Source: a virus | Lineage: Duplodnaviria > Caudoviricetes | Length of the DNA stretch: 46,928 bases | Strand: one strand, 5' to 3' | IMG/VR virus record: IMGVR_UViG_3300037760_000053 | Coordinates: 1 to 46,928 of that record | The notes under the pieces: model-generated | The model's database searches: none | What the model saw: only the letters and a program-made list of their open reading frames with translations | What the model was told of the DNA's origin: nothing | Position numbers and translations under genes: made by a program | Shown here: positions 34,730-43,688 of the stretch, piece after piece | Layout of the letters: each line of letters starts with the position of its first letter | Numbering within the stretch: the first letter of the stretch is position 1

Positions 34730-34823
34730 ACAAAGAACACCCGGCCGTCGGCGTTGCCGCTTGGATCGCGCTCGCGGCCATTGTTCTCATCGTTGCTCAG
34801 TGTGTCTGCAACGGGTGTGCCAT

Positions 34824-36098
34824 ATGAGCAGCACCCAGTACGCCGACGAGGGAACGATCGCGCACGCGCTCGCTGCGATGTGCCTGCGCGAGAACACCGA
34901 CGCGGCCGCGTACGTCGGCCGGATCATCGAGGAACAGGATTACCCACATTCGCCGCTTGGCCCGTCGGGTGCCCCCCGCTGGATGTACTGCAGCGCGTCG
35001 GCCGGCGGCAAGCCGAAAGAATTCGTCGAGCGGAAGTTCTCCATGGAAGTCACCGACGAGATGGCCGAGCACGTGCAGACGTACCTCGACTCGATCCGGA
35101 CGTACACGGCCGGCGGCGTCGCACTAATCGAAACGTCGCTCGACATCTCGCACATCTTGGGTCACTACAAAGTGTTTAACGCGACCGCCGGGGAGATCGA
35201 AGACAAGCCACAAGGTGGCACCGGCGACGTGATCGCGCTCGTCGACGATGAGCTGCAGGTCCACGATCTGAAGTTCGGCAAGGGCGTCGAAGTCTTCGCC
35301 GACCGCAACGAACAGATGCAGCTGTACGCGCTCGGCGCGCTCCCGCTCGTCGAGCTGCTGGGCGACGTGGAGCGCGTGCGCCACGTGATCCACCAGCCGC
35401 GCATCAAGTCGGCCCCCGACGAGTGGGACTGCACCGTCGGGGAGCTACGCGAATTCGCCGAGACGGCCAAGAAGGCGGCCGACCGGGCGCGCAGCGTGAT
35501 GGGCACGCCGTTGAAGCATCTCGGCCTCGAGTATTTCGCGCCGTCCGACAAAGCGTGCCGGTTCTGTCCACACAAGGCCGACTGTCCCGCGCTCGAGCGG
35601 GAGGTCGGCGAGGCCGTGTTCGACGACTTCGACGTGATCGGCAACCCGCACGAGACGGCCGCCCCGCGCGAGATACCCGCCGAGTCGAAACGCCTGGGCG
35701 CGCTCATGGATAAGGTGGACCTGATTGAGGATTTCTGCCGGGCCGTCCGCGCGAAGTCGGACCTTGAGTTGCACGCGGGCAACCCGCCGATCGGCAAAGA
35801 CGGACCCTACAAGCTGGTCGCCGGGAAGAAAGGTAACCGCGTGTGGATCGACAAAGCGGAAGTCGAGGCGCTCATGAAGGGCACCTTCCGCATGAAACAG
35901 GACGACATGTACACGCGGACGCTGATCACGCCGCCGGCCGCCCAGGAGCTACTGAAGAAGGAACAGCCGAAGCGGTGGGCCAAGCTGGCGGCGCACATCA
36001 CACAGTCGGACGGCAAGAAGCACGTGGCGCCCGCCAGCGACCCGCGGCCCGCGCTCGCGCCGTCCTCCGCGACGGCCGACGATTTTGATGTGATCTAG
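34824..36098 (+). CDS. DUF2800 / Cas4-like PD-(D/E)XK exonuclease
   Basis: EGTIAH, GTGD, VHDLKFGKG, QMQLYALGA, IHQPR, CRFC..KADCP. Confidence 0.9.
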   Translation: MSSTQYADEGTIAHALAAMCLRENTDAAAYVGRIIEEQDYPHSPLGPSGAPRWMYCSASAGGKPKEFVERKFSMEVTDEMAEHVQTYLDSIRTYTAGGVALIETSLDISHILGHYKVFNATAGEIEDKPQGGTGDVIALVDDELQVHDLKFGKGVEVFADRNEQMQLYALGALPLVELLGDVERVRHVIHQPRIKSAPDEWDCTVGELREFAETAKKAADRARSVMGTPLKHLGLEYFAPSDKACRFCPHKADCPALEREVGEAVFDDFDVIGNPHETAAPREIPAESKRLGALMDKVDLIEDFCRAVRAKSDLELHAGNPPIGKDGPYKLVAGKKGNRVWIDKAEVEALMKGTFRMKQDDMYTRTLITPPAAQELLKKEQPKRWAKLAAHITQSDGKKHVAPASDPRPALAPSSATADDFDVI

Positions 36099-36107
36099 GA
36101 GGAACAC

Positions 36108-36434
36108 GTGAAGGAACTACTACGACAGGGACAGAGTCTGCGCGAATCGATCGGCACGAACGACGGCAAAGACTCATACTACAAGCTGATCGACGAAGAC
36201 ACGGTCGTGTCAAACCGGCTGCCGCGGCGCCCGCGGCTGCGCATCGCGGGGCTCGCCGACGAGCCCGTGCATCTGCTGCCGGTCACCAACGAATTCGGCG
36301 ACGTGGTGCCACACCAGTGGGTGCTGCCCGCCGAACAGGACGCAGACGGAAACTTGCGTCCTGTTGCCGCCAGCACGGACGAAATACGGCGGCGAATGAA
36401 AGCTCTGAACTGCGGCGTGAGAGTTTTGACCTGA
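36108..36434 (+). CDS. Hypothetical protein
   Basis: 108 aa, AGGAGG SD before GTG. Confidence 0.65.
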   Translation: MKELLRQGQSLRESIGTNDGKDSYYKLIDEDTVVSNRLPRRPRLRIAGLADEPVHLLPVTNEFGDVVPHQWVLPAEQDADGNLRPVAASTDEIRRRMKALNCGVRVLT

Positions 36435-36499
36435 GAGATTAGCAACTGCGAACGAAGAGCTTTTGAACTTTCGACCTTTGAAACCCAGGAGTAATTGAA

Positions 36500-37180
36500 A
36501 TGTTGGTTAGATTGGAAAACGTGAGGGCGTCGTTCTTGCACGTCTTCAAGATGCAGGAACCTCAACGGGGTACCGACGGCCGGGCGGCGTTCGCGGCGCA
36601 CTTCTTGTTCGCGCCGGATTCCCCGCAGGTGAAGGCGAAGTGGAGCCCGGAGATCAAGACTGTCACGCGGACAGCCTCCGACGGCACGGAGCGCATCTAC
36701 GTGGTGGGCGCCACGAACCACGAGCGTGTCGCCAAGGCGATGCGCGCGGCCGCCGAAGCTAAGTGGGGCAAGAAGGGCGCCGAGATGCTCGCGGCGCTCA
36801 TTGATAAGGATCAAGTGTGCCTACACAACGGTGTCGAGAAGAGCATCAAGTATCCCGAGTATGCCGGGATGCTGTACGTGTCGGCCCGTAGTCAGGTTCG
36901 CCCCGCCGTGTTCGACGGCCAGAAGCGACCGCTAACTGAGGCCGACGGCAAGCCATACAGCGGCTGCTACGTCAACGGGGTCGTCGATGTGTACGCCTCG
37001 GTGATCGGCAAGAACTGGGTCACGGCGCAGCTCCAGGGCGTCCAGTTCTACAGCGACGGCGACAGCTTCGGCGGCGGCCGCCCGGCCGACGCGGACGACT
37101 TCGACAACGTGGCGGACACCGGCGACGGTGAGGCTGCGTGGGAAGAGTCGGAAGAGTCTGCCGCGGCTTCGTTGATCTGA
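36500..37180 (+). CDS. DUF2815 single-stranded DNA-binding protein
   Basis: VRASF.HVF, YSGCYVN, L.GVQF..DGD.FGGG, acidic tail. Confidence 0.9.
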   Translation: MLVRLENVRASFLHVFKMQEPQRGTDGRAAFAAHFLFAPDSPQVKAKWSPEIKTVTRTASDGTERIYVVGATNHERVAKAMRAAAEAKWGKKGAEMLAALIDKDQVCLHNGVEKSIKYPEYAGMLYVSARSQVRPAVFDGQKRPLTEADGKPYSGCYVNGVVDVYASVIGKNWVTAQLQGVQFYSDGDSFGGGRPADADDFDNVADTGDGEAAWEESEESAAASLI

Positions 37181-37189
37181 GGCAGAGGT

Positions 37190-37225
37190 TAGCGCCCGCT
37201 AATTGCGGCGGGCGCTATCTTCTTT
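37190..37225 (+). terminator. Intrinsic terminator after SSB, overlapping an operator
   Basis: TAGCGCCCGC-8nt-GCGGGCGCTA followed by TCTTCTTT. The left arm is part of the palindrome at 37189-37202. Confidence 0.7.
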
Positions 37226-37238
37226 GAGGAGGAAAGGC

Positions 37239-37880
37239 ATGGGCACGGAAATACAAAAACGAGTCAGAGAGGCGCAGCTGCCGCTGCAGTACAGTGAAGC
37301 GATCCGCGCGCTAGAGAAATGTCAAACGATCGACGAAAGCAAGTATTGGTCTGATAGGTCGGACGCGCTCGCTGCGTGGGCGAAGATCTACAAAGACGAC
37401 CAGGTAGCAGAGGAAGCTCGCCGGTTGAAGATTCACGCGTACAAGCGCATGGGCGAGCTTGCAGCTCAGTTGAGGCCGGGAAGGGGCCCTGGCCACAGCC
37501 CAGGTGCGCAAGCACTGCTGCAAGAGTACGGGCTGAAGGAAGCGCAAGCGCACTCCGCCTTGACGCTGCATCGCGCGCCGGAGAAAGAGCTGAATGAGTT
37601 CATCACAAAGACCCGCAAGTCCGCGAGCAGCGCGATGTCGTACAGGCCGTTTAAAGGCAGAGGGAGGCTGCCCGTGAGGGTAAGCGCCGCGTGGGAAAAT
37701 CTATTTGGCAATTCAGGTGGTGGTGCGCGACTGGACAGGCTTCTATCTTTCATACGCAAACATTCTGCACGTGCGGTTGCCGCCGACCTCACCACTAGCG
37801 AAGTCAAGAAAGCTCGCGAAGTAATGCTCGAGGTCATTGAATGGCTCGACGAGTTCGAGCAAGCGCTGCCGAAAACCTAA
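37239..37880 (+). CDS. Hypothetical helical protein
   Basis: 213 aa, GAGGAGG SD, lower GC than neighbours. Confidence 0.7.
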   Translation: MGTEIQKRVREAQLPLQYSEAIRALEKCQTIDESKYWSDRSDALAAWAKIYKDDQVAEEARRLKIHAYKRMGELAAQLRPGRGPGHSPGAQALLQEYGLKEAQAHSALTLHRAPEKELNEFITKTRKSASSAMSYRPFKGRGRLPVRVSAAWENLFGNSGGGARLDRLLSFIRKHSARAVAADLTTSEVKKAREVMLEVIEWLDEFEQALPKT

Positions 37881-38977
37881 TGAGACTCTGGCTAGACACG
37901 GAAACCTACTCCCCGGTCCCGCTTAACCACGGGACCGGGGCTTACTCCGTGTCGCCCGAGGCGGAGGTCATGCTGGTGACGTACGCGCTCGACGACGCGC
38001 CGGCCCAGTGTTGGGACCGCACGACCGATAACACGTTCCCTCGCGACCTAGCTTCCTCGCTTGATGATTCTGAGATTGAGATCTGGTGTCACAATAGTTT
38101 CTTCGACCGCACGATGTTGAACAACGCTACCGAGCTACCTTTGTTTTTCGATCTATCGATCCATCGATTCCGCTGCACCATGGTCCAGGCTTTTGAGCAT
38201 GGGTTACCTGGCGCCCTCGGCAAACTCGGCGCGATCCTCGGGCTACCTGAGGAGACGCAGAAGAGAGAAGGCCGCGATTTGATCCATCTATTTTGCAAAC
38301 CTCGACCGAAGAACTCGAAGCTTCGACGCGCGACCCGGCATACACATCCCGCCGAGTGGCAGGACTTCAAGGAATACGCGATCCGCGACACTGAGGCGCT
38401 GCGAGAAATTGGCAAGCGATTACCGAGCTGGAATTACCCCGACAACCAAGATGAGCTAGAACTTTGGTTCCTCGATCAAGAGATCAACGACCGCGGCGTA
38501 GCGTTCGACCTCGAGTTAGCGCACGCCGCGGTGCGCGCTACACAACGCGAGAAGAAGAGGCTCGCCGAGGAAACCAAAGAGCAGACCGACGATCACGTGC
38601 AGGCGGCCACGCAGCGCGACAAGCTGCTCGCGTTCCTCCTGATGGAGTATGGCGTCAACCTGCCCGACATGCGGGCGGCCACCCTCGAGCGGCGCATCGA
38701 AGATCCCGAGTTGCCCGAGGCGCTCAAGGAACTGCTGCGCGTGCGGCTCGAGTCGAGCCAAACGTCACAGAGCAAATACAAGAAGGCGCTCAACGCCGTG
38801 TCGCCCGACGGGCGGATACGCGGAATGATGCAGTGGTGCGGCGCGCAGCGCACCGGCCGGAACGCCGGGCGGATCTTCAACCCACTGAACCTGCCCCGGC
38901 CGAAGCTGAAGCAGCACGTCATCGAAGAGGGCATCGCCGCGCTCAAGCTGGGCGTTGAGGATCTGATATGCGCGTGA
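37880..38977 (+). CDS. DNA polymerase A, N-terminal part (3'-5' exonuclease + thumb region)
   Basis: ExoI LDTETYS, ExoII HNSFFDR, ExoIII YAIRD, INDRG, GAQRTGR..GR...NLPRP. Confidence 0.9.
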   Translation: MRLWLDTETYSPVPLNHGTGAYSVSPEAEVMLVTYALDDAPAQCWDRTTDNTFPRDLASSLDDSEIEIWCHNSFFDRTMLNNATELPLFFDLSIHRFRCTMVQAFEHGLPGALGKLGAILGLPEETQKREGRDLIHLFCKPRPKNSKLRRATRHTHPAEWQDFKEYAIRDTEALREIGKRLPSWNYPDNQDELELWFLDQEINDRGVAFDLELAHAAVRATQREKKRLAEETKEQTDDHVQAATQRDKLLAFLLMEYGVNLPDMRAATLERRIEDPELPEALKELLRVRLESSQTSQSKYKKALNAVSPDGRIRGMMQWCGAQRTGRNAGRIFNPLNLPRPKLKQHVIEEGIAALKLGVEDLICA

Positions 38978-39219
38978 TGCTTCTGCTGGCCCAGCTTGCG
39001 CTCGCGCCGATCGACGAGGTTGTCGTGTCGGTGCCGGGCAGACCGATCGTGTGGGCCATCGGGTTGTCGTGCGACGCGAAGCCGCTGGGCGTCTACCTCA
39101 TTCGTAGCGACGGCGTGCCCCGGTGGGTGCCCGTCGAGTCGGCCGACTCGGGTGACACGAGCACGGTCAAACGATTGGCGGCCGCTGGCCAGCTCAGCGC
39201 GAGGGACGTATGTCGCTAG
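38968..39219 (+). CDS. Small exported protein inserted between the polA halves
   Basis: GAGG SD, signal-peptide-like N-terminus, two Cys. Confidence 0.6.
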   Translation: MRVMLLLAQLALAPIDEVVVSVPGRPIVWAIGLSCDAKPLGVYLIRSDGVPRWVPVESADSGDTSTVKRLAAAGQLSARDVCR

Positions 39220-40205
39220 CGCCGACAGTCATGGAGCTTTGCTCGAACGCGCTGCGCGGGTTGATCGTCGCCTCACCCGGCAGGAAGCTCGTCGTGAGCG
39301 ACCTGTCGAACATCGAGGGCCGCGTGCTCCCGTGGATGGCCGGCGAAGAGTGGAAGCTGCAGGCGTTCCGCGACTTCGACGTGGGCGTCGGCCCCGACAT
39401 GTACAAGCTCGCGTACTCGCGCCCGTTCGGCGTACAGCCCGACGAGGTGACGAGCTTCCAACGACAGATGGGCAAAGGCATGGAGCTGTCGATGGGCTAC
39501 GGCGGCGGCGTGGGCGCGTTCATCAACGTGTCGGCCGCCTACAAGCTCGACCTCGACGCGATGACCGAGGCTGCCTGGAGCTTGCTGCCGCGAGAAGTGA
39601 TGGGCCAGGCGCACGGGATGTGGGACTGGGCCACCAAGAAGAAACGCACGCTCGGTCTACGCAAAGAAGTGTACGTCGTGTGCGACGCGCTCAAACAGAT
39701 GTGGCGCTCGGCGCACCCGAAGACGGTCGCGCTGTGGGACAACGCCGAGGCTGCCGTCCGCCACGTGATTCTGCACGGCGGCGTGCGGAAGGTTGGCCCC
39801 TGCAAGGTCACGCGCACCGGCAACTGGCTGCGCGTGCTGCTGCCGTCCGGCCGCGAGCTGTGCTACCCGAGTCCGCGGGTCGACGAGAACGGCACCATCT
39901 CGTACATGGGAATGAACCAGTACACGAAGAAGTGGTGCCGGATCAATACGTACGGCGGGAAGGTCGTCGAGAACTGGGACCAGGGGATCGCGCGCGACGT
40001 GCTGACCGCCGCCGAGCGGCCCGCCGAGGCGGCCGGCTATCAAATCGTCCTGACAGTCTACGACGAGCTAGTCACCGAGACACCCGACGAAGAACGGTAC
40101 AGCGCCGAGGAACTGAGCGCGATTCTCGCGACGAACCAAGATTGGAACGCCGGGTTGCCGCTCGCGGCCGGCGGGTTCGAAGGGTACAGATACAGGAAGG
40201 ACTGA
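39210..40205 (+). CDS. DNA polymerase A, C-terminal catalytic part
   Basis: Motif A SDLSNIEGRV, motif B RQMGKGMELSMGYG, motif C TVYDEL. GAGGG SD. Confidence 0.9.
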   Translation: MSLAPTVMELCSNALRGLIVASPGRKLVVSDLSNIEGRVLPWMAGEEWKLQAFRDFDVGVGPDMYKLAYSRPFGVQPDEVTSFQRQMGKGMELSMGYGGGVGAFINVSAAYKLDLDAMTEAAWSLLPREVMGQAHGMWDWATKKKRTLGLRKEVYVVCDALKQMWRSAHPKTVALWDNAEAAVRHVILHGGVRKVGPCKVTRTGNWLRVLLPSGRELCYPSPRVDENGTISYMGMNQYTKKWCRINTYGGKVVENWDQGIARDVLTAAERPAEAAGYQIVLTVYDELVTETPDEERYSAEELSAILATNQDWNAGLPLAAGGFEGYRYRKD

Positions 40206-40207
40206 GC

Positions 40208-40333
40208 ATGACTGCACTACCGATCCTCATTTTGATTTTCGTTGGCAACGCGCTGCTGTTCCTAATGTGGTCGCGCGTGTTCATTCGGAAGCTCAACGGC
40301 GAGTGCCCGTTGTGCGGGAGTAAAGAGCAATGA
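40208..40333 (+). CDS. Small membrane protein with CxxC
   Basis: 41 aa, TM segment plus CPLC. Confidence 0.5.
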   Translation: MTALPILILIFVGNALLFLMWSRVFIRKLNGECPLCGSKEQ

Positions 40334-40494
40334 GCAACCTAGAAATAATCCGGCGCATCGCCGAACGAGGTTTACGCAAGGCGCAGCACGGGGCCGCGCG
40401 AACGCTCACCGGGCGCTCCGCGGCACACGCCGAATACATCGACTTGTTCCAACACCTACTGGACGAGCTGGATAAGGTGAAAGAAGATGCGTGA
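40330..40494 (+). CDS. Hypothetical protein (54 aa)
   Basis: MSNLEIIRRIAERG...YIDLFQHLLDE, ATGA overlap. Confidence 0.55.
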   Translation: MSNLEIIRRIAERGLRKAQHGAARTLTGRSAAHAEYIDLFQHLLDELDKVKEDA

Positions 40495-40819
40495 AACAGG
40501 ACCGCGAGGTGTTGAGAAGAAATACTGCGACCGCGTGAAGGCCGCCGGTGGCCGCGCATACAAATTCAAGAGCCCGGCGCGCAAAAACGTGCCCGACCGC
40601 TTGACGTTGATGGGGCTCGACGCGGCGGAGCGCATATTGCTCGACGAGCTTCCCATGTGGACGCTGCAAGCGCGAGCGGATCTCGCGCGACGCATCGTTG
40701 CCGCTGCGGTCCATTTCGCCGAGTGCAAGGCGTCCGGCAAAAAGCCAAATGGGGGGCAGCGGCGTGAGATCAATCGGCTGCGCAAGATGGGCTACAAGGT
40801 CCTTGTGGTGGACGAGTGA
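40487..40819 (+). CDS. VRR-NUC domain nuclease
   Basis: GG.AYKF.SP....VPDR...F.E.K..G.KP...Q. Confidence 0.85.
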   Translation: MRETGPRGVEKKYCDRVKAAGGRAYKFKSPARKNVPDRLTLMGLDAAERILLDELPMWTLQARADLARRIVAAAVHFAECKASGKKPNGGQRREINRLRKMGYKVLVVDE

Positions 40820-42240
40820 CCGCGCTCCCCTTCACACCTTGGGAATACCAGAAGCTCGGCATCGAGTTTCTGCTCGATGTGCCGCGGTGTGCGCTGTGGG
40901 CCGACATGGGCATGGGCAAGTCGGTCGTGACGCTCAGCGTGCTCGAGTATCTGCGCCTCGCGGGCGACGATAAGCCGGCGCTGATCGTGGCGCCGCTGCG
41001 CGTCGCACGCGGCGTGTGGCCCGCGGAAGCTCGCAAGTGGGCACACCTGCGTGACTACCGCGTGCAGCCTGTGACCGGCACCGACAAACAGCGCAGGGCC
41101 GCCCTGCGGCAGCCGGCCGACGCCTACACGATCAACCTCGAGAATATGAAGTGGCTGTTCGGCTACCTGCTCGAGCACGACATCACATGGCCGTTCGAGA
41201 CGGTCGTCATCGACGAGTCCACCCGGCTGAAGTCGATGCGCGTCAGCGAGCAGACCAGCAAGCTCGGCAAGAAATTCATACGGGCGGCCGGCGCCGTCCG
41301 CGCGCGGCAGCTCGCCCGGATCGCGCACTCACACGTCAAGCGGTGGATCAACCTCACAGGCACCCCGTCACCCAACGGGTTACAGGATCTCTGGGGGCAG
41401 ACGTGGTTTCTCGACAAAGGTGTACGCCTCGGGCGTACCTACGACGCGTTCACACAACGCTGGTTTCAGCGGAAGTTCGACGGCTACGGTGTTGAACCGT
41501 TGCCATACACCAATGAGCAGATCCACGATCGCCTGCGCGATGTGTGTCTCTCGATCCGCGCGGAAGACTACTTCGACATCCGCGAGCCACACATCACGAC
41601 AGTCCGGGTCGACCTGCCGCCGAAGGCGCGCAAAATCTACCGCGACATGGAGCGCGAGATGTTCGCTCAGATCGCCACCGGGGTTGAGGTCGAAGCGTTC
41701 AACGCGGCCGCGAAGACGAACAAATGCCTGCAGCTTGCGGCCGGGTTCATATACCACGAGGACGGGAAGACCTGGACCGAGGTGCACAACGACAAGCTCG
41801 ACGCGCTCGAGAGCATCATCGAAGAAACATCCGGCGCGCCGCTACTGATTCAGTACCACTATAAGCCTGACCTCGCGCGGATACTGAAGCGGTTTCCCGA
41901 CGCGCGCCACCTGCAAACGCAGAAAGATGAGGACGATTGGAACGCCGGCAAAATCTCTAAGCTGGTGGCGCACGCTGGCAGCGCTGGGCACGGGCTGAAC
42001 CTGCAGGACGGGGGGCACATCCTCGTGCGCTACAGTTATTGGTGGGCGCTCGAACAGTTCGAACAGATTCTCGAGCGCATCGGGCCCGTGCGGCAAGCCC
42101 AATCGGGGCACGACCGCGTGGTGCACGAGTACCGTATTGTTGCGCGCGACACGGTCGACGAAGACGTGATCGCCCGCAACGAGAGTAAACGGGACGTTCA
42201 GGACATTCTGATGAAAGCAATGGCACGGAGAGCAGCGTAA
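40816..42240 (+). CDS. SNF2-family helicase
   Basis: DMGMGKS, VIDES, LTGTP.PNG, SAGHGLNLQ, ERIG..RQ. Confidence 0.92.
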   Translation: MTALPFTPWEYQKLGIEFLLDVPRCALWADMGMGKSVVTLSVLEYLRLAGDDKPALIVAPLRVARGVWPAEARKWAHLRDYRVQPVTGTDKQRRAALRQPADAYTINLENMKWLFGYLLEHDITWPFETVVIDESTRLKSMRVSEQTSKLGKKFIRAAGAVRARQLARIAHSHVKRWINLTGTPSPNGLQDLWGQTWFLDKGVRLGRTYDAFTQRWFQRKFDGYGVEPLPYTNEQIHDRLRDVCLSIRAEDYFDIREPHITTVRVDLPPKARKIYRDMEREMFAQIATGVEVEAFNAAAKTNKCLQLAAGFIYHEDGKTWTEVHNDKLDALESIIEETSGAPLLIQYHYKPDLARILKRFPDARHLQTQKDEDDWNAGKISKLVAHAGSAGHGLNLQDGGHILVRYSYWWALEQFEQILERIGPVRQAQSGHDRVVHEYRIVARDTVDEDVIARNESKRDVQDILMKAMARRAA

Positions 42241-42488
42241 TGCCTTACATAGAGCAGAAGCACCGTGAGACGTTCATGCCAGACCTGCTTACACCTGGCA
42301 CAGCGGGTGCACTCAATTATCAGATCACGATGGTGATTAGGAACTACATCGAGATACACGGGCTCAGCTACCAAAGAGTCAACGATGTGATTGGCGCGCT
42401 TGAAGGTGCGAAGTTGGAGTTCTATCGGCGCGTCGTTGCACCTTACGAAGACAGGAAGATCACCGACAATGGAGATGTCTATGAGTAA
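42240..42488 (+). CDS. Conserved phage protein (MPYI...LNY...YRR...PYED.K...NGDV family)
   Basis: 82 aa with a recognisable motif pattern. Confidence 0.7.
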   Translation: MPYIEQKHRETFMPDLLTPGTAGALNYQITMVIRNYIEIHGLSYQRVNDVIGALEGAKLEFYRRVVAPYEDRKITDNGDVYE

Positions 42489-42903
42489 GCTCAACACGGT
42501 GTACCTCGCTGGTCCTATGACTGGCATCCCACGGTTCAACATCCCGGCTTTCGAGGAAGCAGCTCGCGTCTTGCGCCGTACTTTCAATGAGGTCATCTCG
42601 CCAGTCGAGATGGACTCGCCAGCCGTGCGTGAGGCTGCGTTGAAGTCCGAGGACGGCGCGCTCGGCCCCGGAGGTACGATTGCCGGCGAGACATGGGGTG
42701 AGATCCTTGCTCGCGACGTGCGGACCGTGGCAGACGAGGTCGACGGGATTGTCGTTCTACCTGGCTGGTTCCGGTCGCGCGGTGCCCGGCTTGAAGTGTT
42801 CGTCGCGCTTCTTTGCGATAAGCCGGTGCTCCGTTATGACACCCTCGCTCAAATACCGAGAGGGACGATCATCGAGGCCATCGCGGACAGCTTCTTGCGT
42901 TAA
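42481..42903 (+). CDS. DUF4406 / nucleoside 2-deoxyribosyltransferase-like protein
   Basis: VYLAGPMTG...N.PAF, D.IVVLPGW..S.GA.LE. Confidence 0.8.
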   Translation: MSKLNTVYLAGPMTGIPRFNIPAFEEAARVLRRTFNEVISPVEMDSPAVREAALKSEDGALGPGGTIAGETWGEILARDVRTVADEVDGIVVLPGWFRSRGARLEVFVALLCDKPVLRYDTLAQIPRGTIIEAIADSFLR

Positions 42904-42942
42904 GGATTAGCAGATGCTAATCTTCACCACAGAGGACAGAAC

Positions 42943-43521
42943 ATGAAACTTACACTTCCGACTGACAGCGCCGAGCGCAAAGAGTATCCGCTGTTCCGCG
43001 GCTGCGATATGTACTTCCCGGCAGCGCTCGCGGGCGTCGCGCGTCACTCGTTTATCAGCAACGAGAAGCACAATCCCGGCGAGCCAATGCACCACTCGCG
43101 GGGCAAGTCGGCCGACCACGCCGACTGCATCCGGCGCCATCTCGTGGACCTCGCCGACATGCTCGCTGCGTGTGGGCGTATTGGTGAATCACCAGAAGAT
43201 GGTCGCTCATCACACGATGAGCCAGAACTGATCGCAGCCTTGCTGGCCGAAGCCAACGCCCTCGCATGGCGCGCGCTCGCGCTGTCGCAAGAGCTGCACG
43301 AGCGGTTCGGCAATGCACCGCTTGCGCCGGCCGCGTTCAAGTTCGAAGAATTGCCGGCCGCGCGGAGGTCTGTCGCAGAAGCAGCCGAGAGGGTGCGTCA
43401 CTACTTTGAACATGGGCCGGCGCTTAAACACCCTGGCTGCTCTAAATGCGACAGCCACGACCTCCCGTCCGTCACGCTCGAGGAAGCGCTCGACGAGATC
43501 GAGAACTGGAGGGTGGGATGA
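42943..43521 (+). CDS. dATP/dGTP diphosphohydrolase-like (DUF5664-like) protein
   Basis: RK..P...G...YFP.AL..VA..S...N.KHNPG......RGKS.DH.DC..RHL...AWRALA. Confidence 0.7.
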   Translation: MKLTLPTDSAERKEYPLFRGCDMYFPAALAGVARHSFISNEKHNPGEPMHHSRGKSADHADCIRRHLVDLADMLAACGRIGESPEDGRSSHDEPELIAALLAEANALAWRALALSQELHERFGNAPLAPAAFKFEELPAARRSVAEAAERVRHYFEHGPALKHPGCSKCDSHDLPSVTLEEALDEIENWRVG

Positions 43522-43688
43522 CCATCCGAGCACGAGTCGAGTGCCGCAGGTGCGGTGTGAAGTTCACGCCTGACCGTGACAACCAGGTCGAGTGCGGCGA
43601 GTGCAAGTCTACATGGGCGAAGCCTGAGCCGCCCGACCGTGACAACTTCGAGGTGCCGCTCGATGAGTGCCACTCCGACATCTGGTAG
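43518..43688 (+). CDS. Small zinc-finger protein
   Basis: CRRC...CGEC, GGAGG SD, ATGA overlap. Confidence 0.55.
   Translation: MTIRARVECRRCGVKFTPDRDNQVECGECKSTWAKPEPPDRDNFEVPLDECHSDIW

Noticed and set aside
34824-36098. CRISPR-Cas system (Cas4-like gene; dispersed palindromes as repeats)
   Set aside because: There is no repeat-spacer array or other cas gene. DUF2800 is a standard replication-module nuclease.
38978-39209. Group I/II intron or intein in polA
   Set aside because: No recognisable intron core, homing endonuclease or intein terminal motifs. The halves are in different frames and each junction has its own SD and start. Not formally excluded without RT-PCR.
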